64,000 nt of DNA, from the NCBI GenBank assembly GCA_038087875.1, contig JAXLNO010000438.1, forward strand, positions 496,001-560,000, written 5' to 3'. The notes under the pieces are model-generated. The model was not told where the DNA came from. It did no database searches and saw only the letters and a list, made by a program, of their open reading frames with translations. Each line of letters starts with the position of its first letter. Positions within the stretch are counted from its first letter, which is position 1. Below are positions 12,298 to 25,567 of the stretch, one piece after another. The translations under genes and the position numbers were made by a program. This stretch comes from Malacoraja senta. Lineage: Eukaryota.

Positions 12298-12550
12298 GGC
12301 CAGAGTTGTCTTTCGAGGCAGGCTCGGTATTGTGGCCAGGATTGCTTTCCGGAACAAGCTCGGAAATATGGCCAGAGTCGTCTTTCGAGGCAGGCTCAGA
12401 ATTATGGCCGGAGTAGCCTTTCAAGGCAGGCCCAGTATTATGGCCAGAGTTGTCTTTCGAGGCAGGCTCAGTATTATGGCCAGGATCACCTTTCGAGACA
12501 GGCTCGGGAATCTGGCCAGAGTTGTCAATTCAAGGCAGGCACGAAATTAT
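12298..12550 (+). repeat. 36-nt tandem array (7 units) inside DIRS, just before the RT motifs
   Basis: Units start GGCC(A/G)G at 36-nt spacing; consensus GGCCAGAGTTGTCTTTCGAGGCAGGCTCAGTATTAT. Confidence 0.92.
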
Positions 12551-14149
12551 GGCAGGCGTGGCCTGTTCATTGTGAAAGATGGAGGATGTTGGTTTAAAAT
12601 TGATTTAACTAGCATGTGCAACATAGATTTTTCAGTATATGGAACTTTGTTACTGTCTAACAAACTGATTTCCTTAGGATCTTTATGGCATGCATCGATT
12701 TCAAAGTTGAATACTATTCAGGTCCCATTCACAGGGATCCCAGGAGACATTTGGAATTTAGCTGGATGGGGCAATGATAACAGTTAATGCGTTTGCAAAT
12801 GGGCTAACTTCAGCTCCCAGGACATCTACCAAATTACTAAATCGGTGCTGGGACTGCTCAGAGCTCAAAAACACTTATTATGGCTTAGCTGAATGATATT
12901 CTAAACGCTGTGTTTTGCCAAAATCAACTGTTTCAGCCGCAACTATATTTGAGAAATTGAGGTTCCTCCAGTTAAATTTAAGTTGATACCAACTGTAGTT
13001 TGATTATTCGGTTTTACATTTAACTATTCATTATCTGTGACTCCGCCCTGGGGCAAGAGATTGGAATCAATAGAAGCCTGTAACAACCTTGTTATGAAGC
13101 ACTTCTATTCATCAAGTGTAATTGGCAATATAGCAGCTGTGTTTCAGCTGTGCAATTGGTCTTTGCTTTATCAGAACTTACAACGTGTAAAGTAGTAACC
13201 TCTCAAGTGCCATATAGGTCATTGTTAACGGGTCTATGCTTTACCAGCTGAAGCCACCTAAGTCACAATGGTGGACGAACAATATTCAGCATTGCTCCAG
13301 TAGTTTTGGTCAGTAAATCTTCAGTTATTACAGACTGAATAGTGCTCTAGATGGGAAATTACGAATGCCATCTCTAGTTACGGAGGCGAATGGGATTTGC
13401 ATGAATTACCAATTCTTCAGTTATTGGTATCAACTACCTATAGACGCTAGGTGCATACTATGGGTTAAAGGGTTATTGTGCGGATATGCATGCTCAGTTC
13501 CAGGTTGATACACTGTGGTGGTGGCATATGTTGGTCACATGGGTGCAATCAAGCCAAAGTATCCTGTCATAATTTACCCAACCTTATTTGGCGCTGGTGT
13601 ATCATCACGTAAATCAATGACAACACAGAATGGATGTTGGATCACAAAGTATTTTATAACATTATGGCTCGATTGAACACCGAATGTCGATATGTTTGCA
13701 TCCAGGCTCATTCACCGGTTGTAAAGACATGTGGCATCACAGTGGCGAGAGATACATTCTCGCTACACGGGGAAGGAATTTTCTTTTATGTCGTTGCTCC
13801 ATTTTGCCTCATCAGTCGGGTCTTGCAATAAATTCAGCAATAATTTTTCATACTGTCTGACTGGCCTATGTAGCCATGGTTTCCCGCATATGTTGGGAAT
13901 TATAGTAGAACCTTATATGGGTTTTCTAAACATAAAACTTTGCTGGTTCAGCCTGGGACTTGGGGAACCAGCCTCTGCATGATTAATCAATTCATTGCCT
14001 TACAGAATCTGAGAAGACAGCTCCTGCGGCTTGGGTTGTCAGACCGATCCATGTATGTGCTCACTGCAGAGTGCAGGGATAGCACCAAATAAGCAGTGCA
14101 TTTCCTCTTCAGGAGATGGGAAGCGTTCTGTTTAAATGCTATGTTACAT

Positions 14150-14945
14150 ATAATACGGCACGGACACTGACGTCTTAGAGTTCATTTTCAATGGGCCATT
14201 GACAATAAATTAAGTGATAGTCCCATTAACTGTGCCCAACGTGCTTTCTCATTATATTTGCTGAAGCGAGCGGGAACCGCTCTGTCGGGTCTCACCCTCT
14301 GATATCCAGTTTATTAAGGATATCTTTACACAAGTTCTCCCAGACCCAAGTACACGGAAGTATGGGATATTGACATTGTGTTAACACTACTTCACCAGGG
14401 GGCTCCAGCTATATCCCTATCTTTGGCTCGGCTCTCATAAGGTAGTTATCCCCTTGGTGCTGTTCTCAGCGCAACGGGTCCAGTCATTACATAAATTGCA
14501 ACTGGACAGGTTGGTTATACCTGCTATAATATAATATTTCATGTTTACGATTTAGTTATGCAGGGCAGCCCAGGGGTGTCAGGTCTCAAACTAGTTCTCA
14601 TTGCATACCCCATGCACCTTCGGTTATGTGTGGTCACACATTTACAACATTACGTCAAGGTCACCTAGAGCCTTAGAGGCTCTCATACTACCTATGTAGT
14701 TAGCTACTAAAAACCTCTCAAGAAGGTATCAGTTCAGACCACCTCCAGGTGGTTAAAACAGGGTTCTGGCTTATACAGTAGATACTAATTTTCTAATCTC
14801 ACTCCACCAGGGCTGCTACTACATCAGCAGCAAGGGTTATGTACGGTCCTCTGGACCACATCCTGCCGACTGCAGGATGGTCTAACGAACGAGTTTTCCA
14901 AACATTTTATTTTAACCCATTGCCAGACCAGGGGTATTTGCCAAC
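14150..14945 (+). pseudogene. DIRS tyrosine recombinase, disrupted
   Basis: PRPKYTEVWDIDIVL, LFSAQRVQSLHKLQL, TTSRWLKQ, HSTRAATTSAA, AGWSN..VFQTFY, with stops and frameshifts between. Confidence 0.85.
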
Positions 14946-15924
14946 TCTATTTTAGGTTCTATTTTATAGTTTCCCCCCGGATGAGAGAGGTTACTATTAT
15001 TATTATTTGTTCATTTATCAGCATCAGCATGTTTTAAATCTATGTCATGTCTGTATGCATTATTAATGTTTTCCCTTATCTGTGATAAACTGATGCAGTC
15101 GTGCTTGTGTGGACTTGTTTTTTTTCCACGGCATGTAATCACAGAGCTTCAAAGTCTTCACGTAGTCACTCACGTGACTCCGAAGTAAAATAGTAAGATT
15201 AAACGAGAACTTACCAGTTTGAAGTTTGATCTTTATTTTATGAGGAGTTACGATGAGCGATTATGTGCCCTCCGCTCCCAACCCTCATATCATAAAGATC
15301 ATCTGGTAGTTCTAGTCATCTCTAATCTTACTATGTTAGTTCAACTACTGTTATCTGTGATTTCACACCGCTGCTTTGAAGATTGACGCGCATGCACCTG
15401 GACGGCCTTCTTCACATAATCACTCATCGTAACTCCTCATAAAATAAAGATCAAACTTCAAACTGGTAAGTTCTTGTTTAATCTTACTATTTTTCTACAT
15501 GGATAGACTCACTGTTATTCTTAATAACATAACTGTTAAATTAGAAAATCAACTAGTCACCAAAATTAAACATGTTTTACGTAACCAGATATATGAAGTT
15601 CGGCTGTGAATTGTAATATGTTCAGTCAGCAATTAATCAATGGAATACTTGTATTGCTTTTTATCTTGTGTCTCGCAGCAGGGTTTCATTTAATATGACC
15701 TTCATTGAAAATGGTGGGAATGATGTACTGCATACTGGGTCCCAAATAACTATCAACTAATTAAAAATAAACCGCATGCACATGCACAATCAAATACACA
15801 CGCACACGCACCCCTTCAAATAAGCTGCAAAACACCATAGCACCTTAACTTGTTTCATGGGATGGACACTTTTAGACATTGCACAAATACTTTACTCCTA
15901 TTTCTATTACAATTGTGGTAATAT

Positions 15925-16249
15925 GTTTAGTTTTAGTTTAGTGATACAGCATGGGAGCTGACCCTTTGGCCCACCGAGTCCACGCCAACCATTGATCACG
16001 CATTTATACCAGTTCTGTTATCCCACTTTCTCATCTACTCCTTACACACCAGGAGCAATTTACAGAGGCCAATTAACCCACAAGCCTGCATGTATTTGCG
16101 ATGTGGGAGGAAGCTGGAGCACCCAAAGGAAATCCATGTGGTCACAGGGAGAACGTGTAAATTCCATACAGACACATGAGGTCAGGCTCGAACCCAAGTG
16201 TCTGGCATTGTGAAGCAGCAGCTCTACCAGATGCACCACTGTGCCACCC
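15925..16249 (-). mobile_element. HE1/V-SINE-like tRNA SINE with CR1-type tail
   Basis: Minus strand GGGTGGCACAGTGGTGCATCTGGTAGAG (A box), GGGTTCGAGCC (B box), GGAGTTT/TTCTCCCTGTGACC-type core, (CTAAA)n tail. Confidence 0.88.
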
Positions 16250-19200
16250 TGCACCATTTACATTGTGACATCCTCCTGCACAATGTTAATTGATCAAAAT
16301 GGAATGATCATTCCAAATGACAGAATGGTTTGCTGCCACTTTATCTATATTCCTGGGTAATTTGGTTTTAATATTATTTACTGACGATCCATATTTGGAT
16401 ACAGAAGTATCTAAAAGGTGCTGAATGAGTTTGAAATTATTATTAAAACATGGAATGATCACGTTATCACCAGCAGACTTGCTCTCCAGCATAAGCTTTT
16501 TCTTGCTGCATCTGAGTTTTATGAGTGAGCAGCATATAACACAAACCAACAAAGACTTCTGTTTGCTTTCCTGTCAGGACACCCCACCCTTCTTTTATGC
16601 TGCTGATCAGAATATATCGCCAGGCATAGTTCAGTTACTTCAGGAAGGTATTTTAATGTGCGATCCCCTCCTCTACCCTTGTAGATGGAAAACACACCGA
16701 CAAAAATGCAGAAGAGTCTCTTTGTTCAATTTGTTTACGATACAAGGGCTTTTTTTAAACTTCAAATGATGCTGCATTTTGCATTTCCCGACTGCGGCCT
16801 CCTGTGATATTTTAAGAAATACCATTTGAGCATTCTGAGATCAGGAATTGAGCTGTACGTATCTGATGCATTGAGCTAGTCAGGCCCAGAATACATCATG
16901 CCGATAGCCACGTTTTACACCATTCCTCACTTACCTAGCAATGAATTACATTTTATAGCATTGTGCACAAGTTTCAAGTAAGATTAGGAACTTAGATGGG
17001 AAGGTTGAGATGAGGTGGAAGCTGGAAGGGATAGATGGGTGAAATGAAAATGGGTATTCAATTATTCATTCAGCAACACACTATTTGTGTCTCAATATGC
17101 TATAGCACAGTAAACTTTTCAAACTATGTTCTATGTTTGACATAGCTATATTCCAGAAATATTAACTCATTTATTAATTATAAAGAAACCATGCTAAGTT
17201 GCAACTTGATAAATAAAATAAAGGATTTGGTTGTCATGCTTTGTACTATAAATGGAAATTTCTAATAGAAAGTCATGAAGAATCTGGAGACCATTATAAC
17301 TGTTCGTGAGGTGAAAACTATGCACAAGTTTGCCATCAACCATATTTTCTTATTCATTGCTGACTGATGTTGTTATACTCTTTCATTCAATAATGATTAA
17401 TCCTTCATCTTACAAGCAAAGACAGAGTTTAACTGAGTTTAACTGTTACCGAAGGAAATACAAAAAATCAATGGCAGTAATGCTGAAATGCAAACACGAG
17501 CAAAATTGTTGGTTAAATTAGGAGAATTAAATAATCATGCATTTAATAATTCTAAAGACTGAGGATTGGAAAGGGAGTTTTTTTTAAAGAAATCGAAAAG
17601 GCTGTAGGTTCTTTTACCATCTTAAATCATTTCAGCTACTTAATCAATTCTAAAACAGCATAAGTAGATCTAAATGGTGACATAAAGAGTTATTGTGTCA
17701 GATCTATGAAGCTTCCTTTCTTTTACAGTAAAATCAATACCATTCCAATAATGTTAAACCTGTATTTGCTATCATTGAATGTATCAGAATGGAATTCATC
17801 AAATAGCCAACTGTTAATTTGATGTTAATTTGAAATGCAAACAAGACCTTTTCTCTTGCCAAGGAATCAATGGAAAGGAATATCCATCAGAATGTAAACA
17901 ATTACAATTCACTGTCTGCTGTTCCAACCTAAAATTATTTAAAATTCCGTACTGTAATGCCATTAAAAAAATTGTTACATCAATATCAGTGAAGACAAAT
18001 AGCGTTAAAGAGATTTGCTGTGTCTCTAAGATAGAAACGTACAATTAAAACTGATGCATTGCAGGAAGGCATATGATCCGTACTATTTTGTAGATGTATC
18101 AAAATCAATGAGAATGCCAAAAGCTATTTTTTTTTAATACATTAAATATTCTTTCATTTGTATACAATCAAACTGAGTGAAAGACACTTTAGTATTCTCT
18201 TTGCATTGTTGCAGATTGCTATACAATCTTTGCACCATTCTGCTGTTTCGCATTTGGCATATTTACTGTTGTGCTTACTGTATTTATTGGCATCACTAGA
18301 GACTGCTGATTCTGGTGTTTTTCCACAACAATAATAATTCAATTTCTATCAATTTGAAAAATTGTGTATTTGATCATAGGCAACTTATTGTGTTGTGTAT
18401 TGACTTATTGTGTTTATATCGAGTACTTCCTCGCAGGGAACATGTAAGAAGTAGGATTTAAAAGAATTGCAAGGGCCTAACACAGTTCTATTTCAGCAGC
18501 TAAGCAGAATCCTGCTTCAAAATGGAGTCTATGAATGAGGTATGGAACAGAAATTTGGGGACCTTTGAGGTTCCCCCAATATCCATATTTATAACAGAAT
18601 ACCAGAATGTGTTTAGGCTTTTAAAACATAGGCATATACTTATTTTTATTTTTAGTTTCAGAAAAATGCTGCAATTCAAATAATGAACTGTAACCAAGGG
18701 GAATTATGAGGTCCCCTACTAGATAATTAGCGGGCATTGCTTAGTCTATTATGTTTGACATAACTGGCACTCATTAGCTACCTGGAGTAATTACAAATGA
18801 CCATGAAATATGAAAAACATTAATTAAGAGGCAGTTAGTTAAAATTTTTACCTCTGTTTGGGTATGGAATGTTGCATCTTAATCACGCAGCAATGTTTTT
18901 CTATGGCTCCTCTGTTGCTGTGAACCATAAGTCCATTTGTTGAATAGGTTAATAGATAACCTGAATGTTTCAGTAAATCAGAAACTAAATACTAACATTT
19001 CACTTCCTTGTAAAGATAAATTACAAAGTGAAACCCTTCACTAGCAACCTTTTGATTTATTTCTGTCATTCTGTTGAGTTTATTTGTTTAACTCACATAT
19101 GCTGTGGCATATGTCAGGTACAATACAGTGTCACCCATGGTTCAGTTGATTACACTGTTATGCTAGGGCGTAAAAGATTATGCATTAAACTATTCATCCA

Positions 19201-20476
19201 AAGCACAGAAACATCTCAGCTGAACGATCAGTGCAGCATTGTGGGGATGCTACCATGTTGGGGATGTGGTTTTTGGATGAGATTTCATATAGGTGAGATA
19301 TCTGCTTCATTAAAGATTTCAGAGCAGGGAAATTTCACATGTCCACATGTCAAAAAATCCACATGTCAAAAAAAGTATGGTTATTATCACATTGCTGTTT
19401 GGGGGGGGGGGGGGTGCTGTGCACAATTTGATTGCCATCTTTTCTACTCCACTAAACATAATTTTTTGGACACTCAGAAGGTTCTGAATAGTGGAAGTTT
19501 TTTGTTCAATGTGGAGTTTCCAGCTGAGAGTTAAAAGCCACAACTTTAGTATGGTGTGTGATAGAAGCCATATGACCACAAGCAATTGAAGCTTGGCAGA
19601 AGATATACTGACCAAAATATGTTACTTCTGTTTTCTATTGACCTAGGCAAGCGCCAGGAACAACTGCTTGAAACATGTCTGTTGGCATTCTTAGACCTTG
19701 ACTTTATTTTTGGTTAGTGAACTTAATATTTCATTAATGACTTGGGTGGGGAAGATATCATGGTTTCCTGTCTGGTGTCGATAATGGGAAGAAGAGCTTA
19801 GGTTTCAAGAAGCTAAAGAAATCTCAACCTTTTTTAATAAGATTTTCGCAATGGTGTCAGAAGAGGGAATGTTCTAGCACATTATACATGGAAAGTTAAG
19901 ACCTTTCATTTCCATCCTGCTTGCAAAATTTTCCACAAGTTGATATACATACTAGTCCTTTATTCTTTGTGAATCTTTCAATTGTGACGCAGTCATTCAT
20001 GCTTGATAAAAAGTTCAATGTCCACTTGTTTGTATATATTTTTTGAATACAGCACCTATTTCTGCTTCAAACACTCATTGAAATGTTTACAACATTTGGA
20101 ACATTATGGACGACATCATATGATATTAATTCTAAATACATTTATATTAAAAACAGCATTGAACATCGATGTCTTCAAACTCTGCTACAATCATTCATGC
20201 AATGTAACTCTGTTTGTCTCTAATACTACAATGGTTTTCACTTGGGAATCTGGAGTTTTATTCATTGATGGATTTAATTTCCTCATCGGCTTCTCTCTCA
20301 CTAGTATACTGAGATTACTGTGGTATATTTATATGCTAGGGCAGTATGAGATCAAGAAAGAGCTAGTGGTGTGTCTCCTGAGGAGCATTAAGGTGGATAA
20401 ATCTCCAGGGCTTGATGGGATCTATCCTAGGCCATTGAGAGGAGCAAGAGAGGAGGCAGGGACCTCAATGATGATC

Positions 20477-22282
20477 ATAAGGTCATAAGTGAAAGGAGTA
20501 GAATTAGGCCATTCGGCCCATCAAGTCTACTCCGCCAATCATGGCTGATCTATCTCTCCCTCCCAACCCCATTCTCCAGCCTTCTCCCCATAACCTCTGA
20601 CATCTGTACTAATCAAAAATCTATCTCTGCCACAAAAATATCCACTGACTTGGCCTCTACACCCTACTGTGGCAAAGAATTCCAGATTCATCACCCTCTG
20701 ACTAAAGACATTTCTCCTCATCTCCTTCCTAAAAGAACGTCCTTTAATTCTAAGGCTATGACCTCTAGTGGAAACATCCTAGTAGAAACTAGTGGAAACA
20801 TTCTTTCCACATCCACTCTACCCAAGCCTTTCACTGTTCTGTATGTTTCAATGAGGTCCCCCCTCATTCTTTTAAACTCCAGCGAGTACAGGCCCAGTGC
20901 TGACAAATGCTCATCATAGGTGAACCTACTAATTTTAGGTAATAAAACCTACCAAAAGACGGAGTGCTTTGTAACTTTGTCAGCCCCATAGGTGGCTGCT
21001 ATTTGTATCCATTGTGCATGCAAGCAATGAATCTCACTGGGCCTAGTCACATGTGACAATAAAGTATTTCTTATCCTAATTCCTGGGATTATTCATGTAA
21101 ACCTCCTCTGGACCCTCTTCAGAGCCAGCACATCCTTCCTCAGAAATGGTGCCCAAAATTGGTCACAATATTCCAAATGCAGCCTTACCAGCGGCTTATA
21201 GAGCCTCAGCATTACATCACTGTTTTTTTGTATCCCTCTTGAAATTGGGTTTGCTTTCTTTTTTACTGATTTGACCTGTAGATTTTGGGAATCCTGCACT
21301 AGCACTCCCAAGTCCCTTTGCACCTCCGATTTCTGGATTCTCTACTTTATTCCTACTATCAAAATGCATGATTCCACACTTTGCTACACTATATTCCATC
21401 TGCCACTTCTCTGCCTACTCTTTCCAACCTATCCAAGTCCTTCTGCAGAGTCCCTGCTTTCACTACACTACCTGCCCTTCACCTATTTTCGAATCATCCG
21501 CAAACTTAGCCACAAAGCTGCCAATCCCCTCGTCCAAATCATTAATATACCACGTGTAGCGGCCCCAGCACTGACCCCAGCGGAACCGCTAGTCACTGGC
21601 AGCCAACCAGAAAAAGCCCCCTTTATTGCCACTCTTTGTCTCCTGCAATCCAGCCAACCTTGTGAGTCTGTGGAATTCTTAAAGATAGTGGAGTCAGGGG
21701 ATATGGGGAGAAGGCAGGAACAGGGTATTGATTGTGGATGATCAGTCATGATCACATTGAATGGCGGTGCTGGCTTGAAGGGCCAAATGGCCTGCTCCTG
21801 CACCTATTGTCTATTGTCTATGTGCCCTTTGATACCGTGGGCTCTCATCTTCCATAGCAGCCTCATGTATGGCACCTTATCAAAGGCTTTCTGACTCTCG
21901 TTTGCCTGTCCTGCTATTTACTTCTTCAAAGTATTCCAGCAAATTTGTCAAGCAAGACCTCCCGTTCACAAACCCATACTGACTTTGGCCTACTTTAATG
22001 TGAACTTCTAAGCATTCCGTAAACTCATCCTTAATAATGGACTCTAAAATCTTACCAGCCACCGAAGTCAGACTAACTGGCCTATAGTTCCCACTATTCT
22101 GCTTTGCTCCCTTCTTGAGCAGCAGGGTAATATTGGCAATTTTCCAATCAACTGGGACCTCTCCTGTCTCCATTGATTCTTGAAATATCGCTCAATGCCT
22201 CCACAATCTCTAAAGCCACCACTTTCAGAACCTAGGGTGCAGACCACACATGGTCCAGGTGACTTATCCACCTTCAGATCTT
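20477..22282 (-). mobile_element. CR1 LINE, 5'-truncated, nested antisense in CR1
   Basis: DKSPG, ETGEVPVDWKIANIT...GNYRPVSLTSV...RSCLTNLLEYFEEV, RDLGVLV, RMRGDLIETY; 3' tail at 20477-20640. Confidence 0.9.
21661..21822 (+). mobile_element. Short CR1 3'-tail insertion ending in (CTATTGT)n
   Basis: Reverse complement of the 3' UTR at 24402-24483; interrupts the minus-strand CR1. Confidence 0.8.
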
Positions 22283-23051
22283 TGTATCTTCTTGGCCACA
22301 GGTGAGGTATCGGAGGATGGAGAGTAGCCCATGTTGATCCATTGTTTAAGTAAGAAGGTAGAGATAAGGGGCGTCAATGAGTCTCGTATCTGTGGTAGGG
22401 AAAATATTGGAGAGGATTCTTTAGGATAGAATTTATTTCCATTTAGAAAATAATGGGCTAATTAGGGACAGTCAGCTTGCCTTTGTTCACAGCATCATAA
22501 CCATTACATATTTTGAGGAGGTGACAAAAGGCAATCAATAAGGGTAGGACAGTGGATGTTATCTATATATATTTTAGTAAGCCATTTGATAATGTCCCCT
22601 GTGGTAGGCTGATCCACAAGAGTAAGATGCATGGGATTCACGATGACCTGGTAATTTGGATTCAGAACTGACATTCAGAGAATCAGAGGGTAGTGGTGAA
22701 AGGTTATTATTCTTGATGTAGATCTGTGACTAGTGGTCTGCAGAAATCTGTGCTTGGGCCTCAGTTGTTTGTGATACATATAAATGACCTGGACATTAAT
22801 GGGGAAGGTTTGGTTAATAAACAGGTGTAGTTTCAGATAGTAGGGAAGGCTGTCAAAGGATAGAGCAACATGTAGATCAGTTGCAGATATGGGTAGAGAA
22901 ATTTAAGATGGAGTTTGTTCCAAATTGTGAGTTATTGCATTTTAGGAGGTCGAATATGCGAGGAAATAATACAGTTAATGGCAAGTCCCTTAACAGAATT
23001 GATGTACAAAGCAATCTTGGGGTCCAAGTGCATAGCTCTCTCAAAGTAAAA

Positions 23052-23984
23052 CATGGGCGGGAATCCTGGAGGGGGACGGGACACACACGCCCTCCGATGT
23101 TTTGAGAGGTGGGGGACAATCCCCCCCCATGTTTTGTAATCCGGATTTTGAAATTTGGTGAAAAAAAATCTATTAAAATCTTCGCTTTCCACGAGATAGT
23201 AGGGGTGTCACTGTTAAGCGCTTGTTAATTGTCTCTATTAACATCGTATTAACACGATGTGTCACCAATTGTGTTTTGACCTTCAAGTATTACTGAAGGT
23301 ATTCACGAAGAAATTCATAAAGCTGTCTGATGCGGGTACAATTACCATTTGAACTAATTGGATGTATTGATGGATGGGAAAGATTTAAACGGGTATCAAA
23401 TTTAAATGGGTCAGGTCATTAAGGGCTCCGGTCGAACGCGTTTCCTGGCTGGCTTGCAAGTAAGTCCCTCATACGGTCACTCACGTTATTTAGTATGTTT
23501 TTCCCATCTCTCTCTCTCTCTCTCTCCCCCCTCCAAGTTTGGTTCTTCTGTTTGCCTTTATTTGCTTCAGTTTTATTTGTTTAAGTGTTATTTATCACAT
23601 TGTAGCTTTTGAAAGATTCAAGCAGGTATCAGACACTTTCTAAGGGCTCAAACGGCTCTTTCACGGGGCATTTCATCGTCCGGCGTGGCTTAAAATCAAT
23701 ATGCTGCATCGAGGCGACCAAGGCTCCTGATGTTGAAGCCGATTTTAAACTGCGCCGGGCGATGAAAGGCCCTGCAAACGGGCCAATTCAAGCCACACGA
23801 TTCAGGGCGGACGAAGCCGCTGCTGCTGGAGTTCAGAGTCGGTCACCAACCAGGTCAGTTCATGATGTAACCGTCCACAGGGCCCATGGCTGAAGTCTCC
23901 AAAGCCTTGCATTTGCGTGGCCACCAAAAAACGGTGTGTCCCCCCCCCCCCCCCCCCATGTTTTGATAGCAATTTCCGCGCCTG
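23052..23984. mobile_element. Non-autonomous hAT-like DNA transposon
   Basis: 8-bp TSD AAGTAAAA (23044-23051 / 23985-23992); imperfect TIR CATGGGCGGGAAT vs CAGGCGCGGAAAT (rev. comp. of right end); subterminal CCCCCCATGTTTTG near both ends; host CR1 rejoins across it. Confidence 0.75.
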
Positions 23985-24400
23985 AAGTAAAAGATGTATG
24001 GTATGCTTGCCTTCATCGGTCAGGCCATTGAATATAAGAGGCAGGAAGTCATGTTGCAGCTTTATAATGCTTTAGCTAAGCCTCAATTGGAGTACTATGT
24101 GCAGTTCTAGTCACCCCATTTCAAGAAGGATGTGGAGGCTTTGGAAGGAGTGCAAAGGAGATTTACCAGAATGCTGCATGCTTATTAGCTGTAAGGAGAT
24201 GTTGGACAAACGGATCGTTTTCTCTGGAGTGTCGGAATCCAGAAAAAAGTACTTACAATTATGAGAGACAATGATAGGAGAGAGTCTGACTTTTTCCCAG
24301 CTTGAAATATCAAAAACTAGATGGTATAGTTTTAAGGTCAGAAGGAGAAGGTTTAAAGGACATGTGCGGTGCAAGGTGTTTTACACAGAGAGTGGTGGTG

Positions 24401-25567
24401 TCAATGTGATCATGGCTGATCATCCCCAATCAGTACCCCGTTCCTGCCTTCTCACCATATCCCCTGACTCCGCTATTTTTAAGAGCCCTATCTAGCTCTC
24501 AAGAGAGAGCATCCAGAGAACCTGCCTTCACCGCCCTCCGAGGCAGAGAATTCTACAGACTCACCACTCTCTGTGAGAAAAAGTGTTTCCTTGTCTCCGT
24601 TCTAAATGGGTTACTCCTTATTTTTAAACTGTGGCCCCTGGTTCTGGACTCCCCCAACATCGGGAACATGTTTCCTGCCTCTAACGTGTCCAAACCCTTT
24701 ACAATCTTATATGTTTCAATGAGATCCCCTCTCATTCTTCTAAACTCCAGAGTGTACAAGCCCAGCTGCTCTATTCTCTCAGCATATGACAGTCCCGCCA
24801 TCCCGGGAATTAACCTTGTAAACCTATGCTGCACTCCCTCAATAGCAAGAATGGCCTTCCTCAAATTAGGGGACCAAAACTGCACACAATACTCCACGTG
24901 TGGTCTCACTAGAGCTCTATACAACTGCAGAAGGACCTCTTTGCTCCTATATTCGATTCCTCTTGTTATAAAGGCCAACATGCCATTCACTTTCTTCACT
25001 GCCTGTTGTACTTGCATGCTTACTTTCAGAGACTGATGTACAAGGACCCCCAGATCCCGTTGTACTTCCCCTTTTCCCAACTTGACGCCATTTAGATAGT
25101 AATCTGCCTTCCTGTTTTTGTTACCAAAGTGGATAACCTCACATTTATACGCATTAAACTTTATCTGCCATGCATCTGCCCACTCCCCCAACCTGTCCAA
25201 GTCACCCTGCATTCTCATAGCATCCTCCTCACAGTTCACACTGCCACCCAGCTTTGTGTCATCTGCAAATTTGCTAATGTTACTTTGAATCCCTTTATCC
25301 AAATCATTGATGTATATTGTAAATAGCTGCGGTTCCAGCACCGAGCCTTGCGGTACCCCACTAGTCACTGCCTGCCATTCTGAAAAGGATCTGTTAATCC
25401 CTACTCTTTGTTTCCTGTCTGCCAACCACTTCTCTATCCATGTCAGCACTCTACCCCCCATTACCATGTGCCCTAATTTTGCCCACTAATCTCCTATGTG
25501 GGACCTTATCAAATGCTTTCTGAAAGTCCAGGTACACTACATCCACTGGCTCTCCCTTGTCCATTTT
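24401..25567 (-). mobile_element. Young CR1 LINE fragment nested in CR1
   Basis: Contains an uninterrupted RT ORF plus CR1 3' UTR. Confidence 0.92.
24553..25467 (-). CDS. CR1 ORF2 reverse transcriptase, C-terminal 304 aa (truncated TE ORF)
   Basis: SGVPQGSVL.PQLFTIYINDL, ISKFADDTKL, FNAYKCEVIHFG, RDLGVLV, ALVRPHVEYCVQFWSP, RMRGDLIETYKI. Confidence 0.9.
   Translation of the reverse strand: MVMGGRVLTWIEKWLADRKQRVGINRSFSEWQAVTSGVPQGSVLEPQLFTIYINDLDKGIQSNISKFADDTKLGGSVNCEEDAMRMQGDLDRLGEWADAWQIKFNAYKCEVIHFGNKNRKADYYLNGVKLGKGEVQRDLGVLVHQSLKVSMQVQQAVKKVNGMLAFITRGIEYRSKEVLLQLYRALVRPHVEYCVQFWSPNLRKAILAIEGVQHRFTRLIPGMAGLSYAERIEQLGLYTLEFRRMRGDLIETYKIVKGLDTLEAGNMFPMLGESRTRGHSLKIRSNPFRTETRKHFFSQRVVSL

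Larger units (their letters stand above)
10750..15493 (+). mobile_element. Full-length DIRS1-type tyrosine-recombinase retrotransposon with decayed ORFs
   Basis: ITRs (10780-10811 vs 15384-15415); ICR 15155-15267 is the reverse complement of the left end (10750-10786) fused to that of the right end (15413-15490); T-run ends, no TSD. RT remnants KDGG..IDL, NGLTSAPRT.TKLL, MA*LNDIL (12575-12905); methyltransferase-like DMFASR and PFCLISRVLQ (13690-13830); YR motif SHSTRAATTSAA...AGWSNERVFQTFY (14797-14910). Confidence 0.93.

Noticed and set aside
12298..12550. CRISPR array (36-nt repeats)
   Set aside because: Units are contiguous with no unique spacers, there are no cas genes, and the context is a eukaryotic DIRS element.
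19028..20488. 168-aa and 161-aa ORFs
   Set aside because: Non-ATG starts, AT-rich composition, no recognisable domain; the second simply runs into a CR1 fragment.
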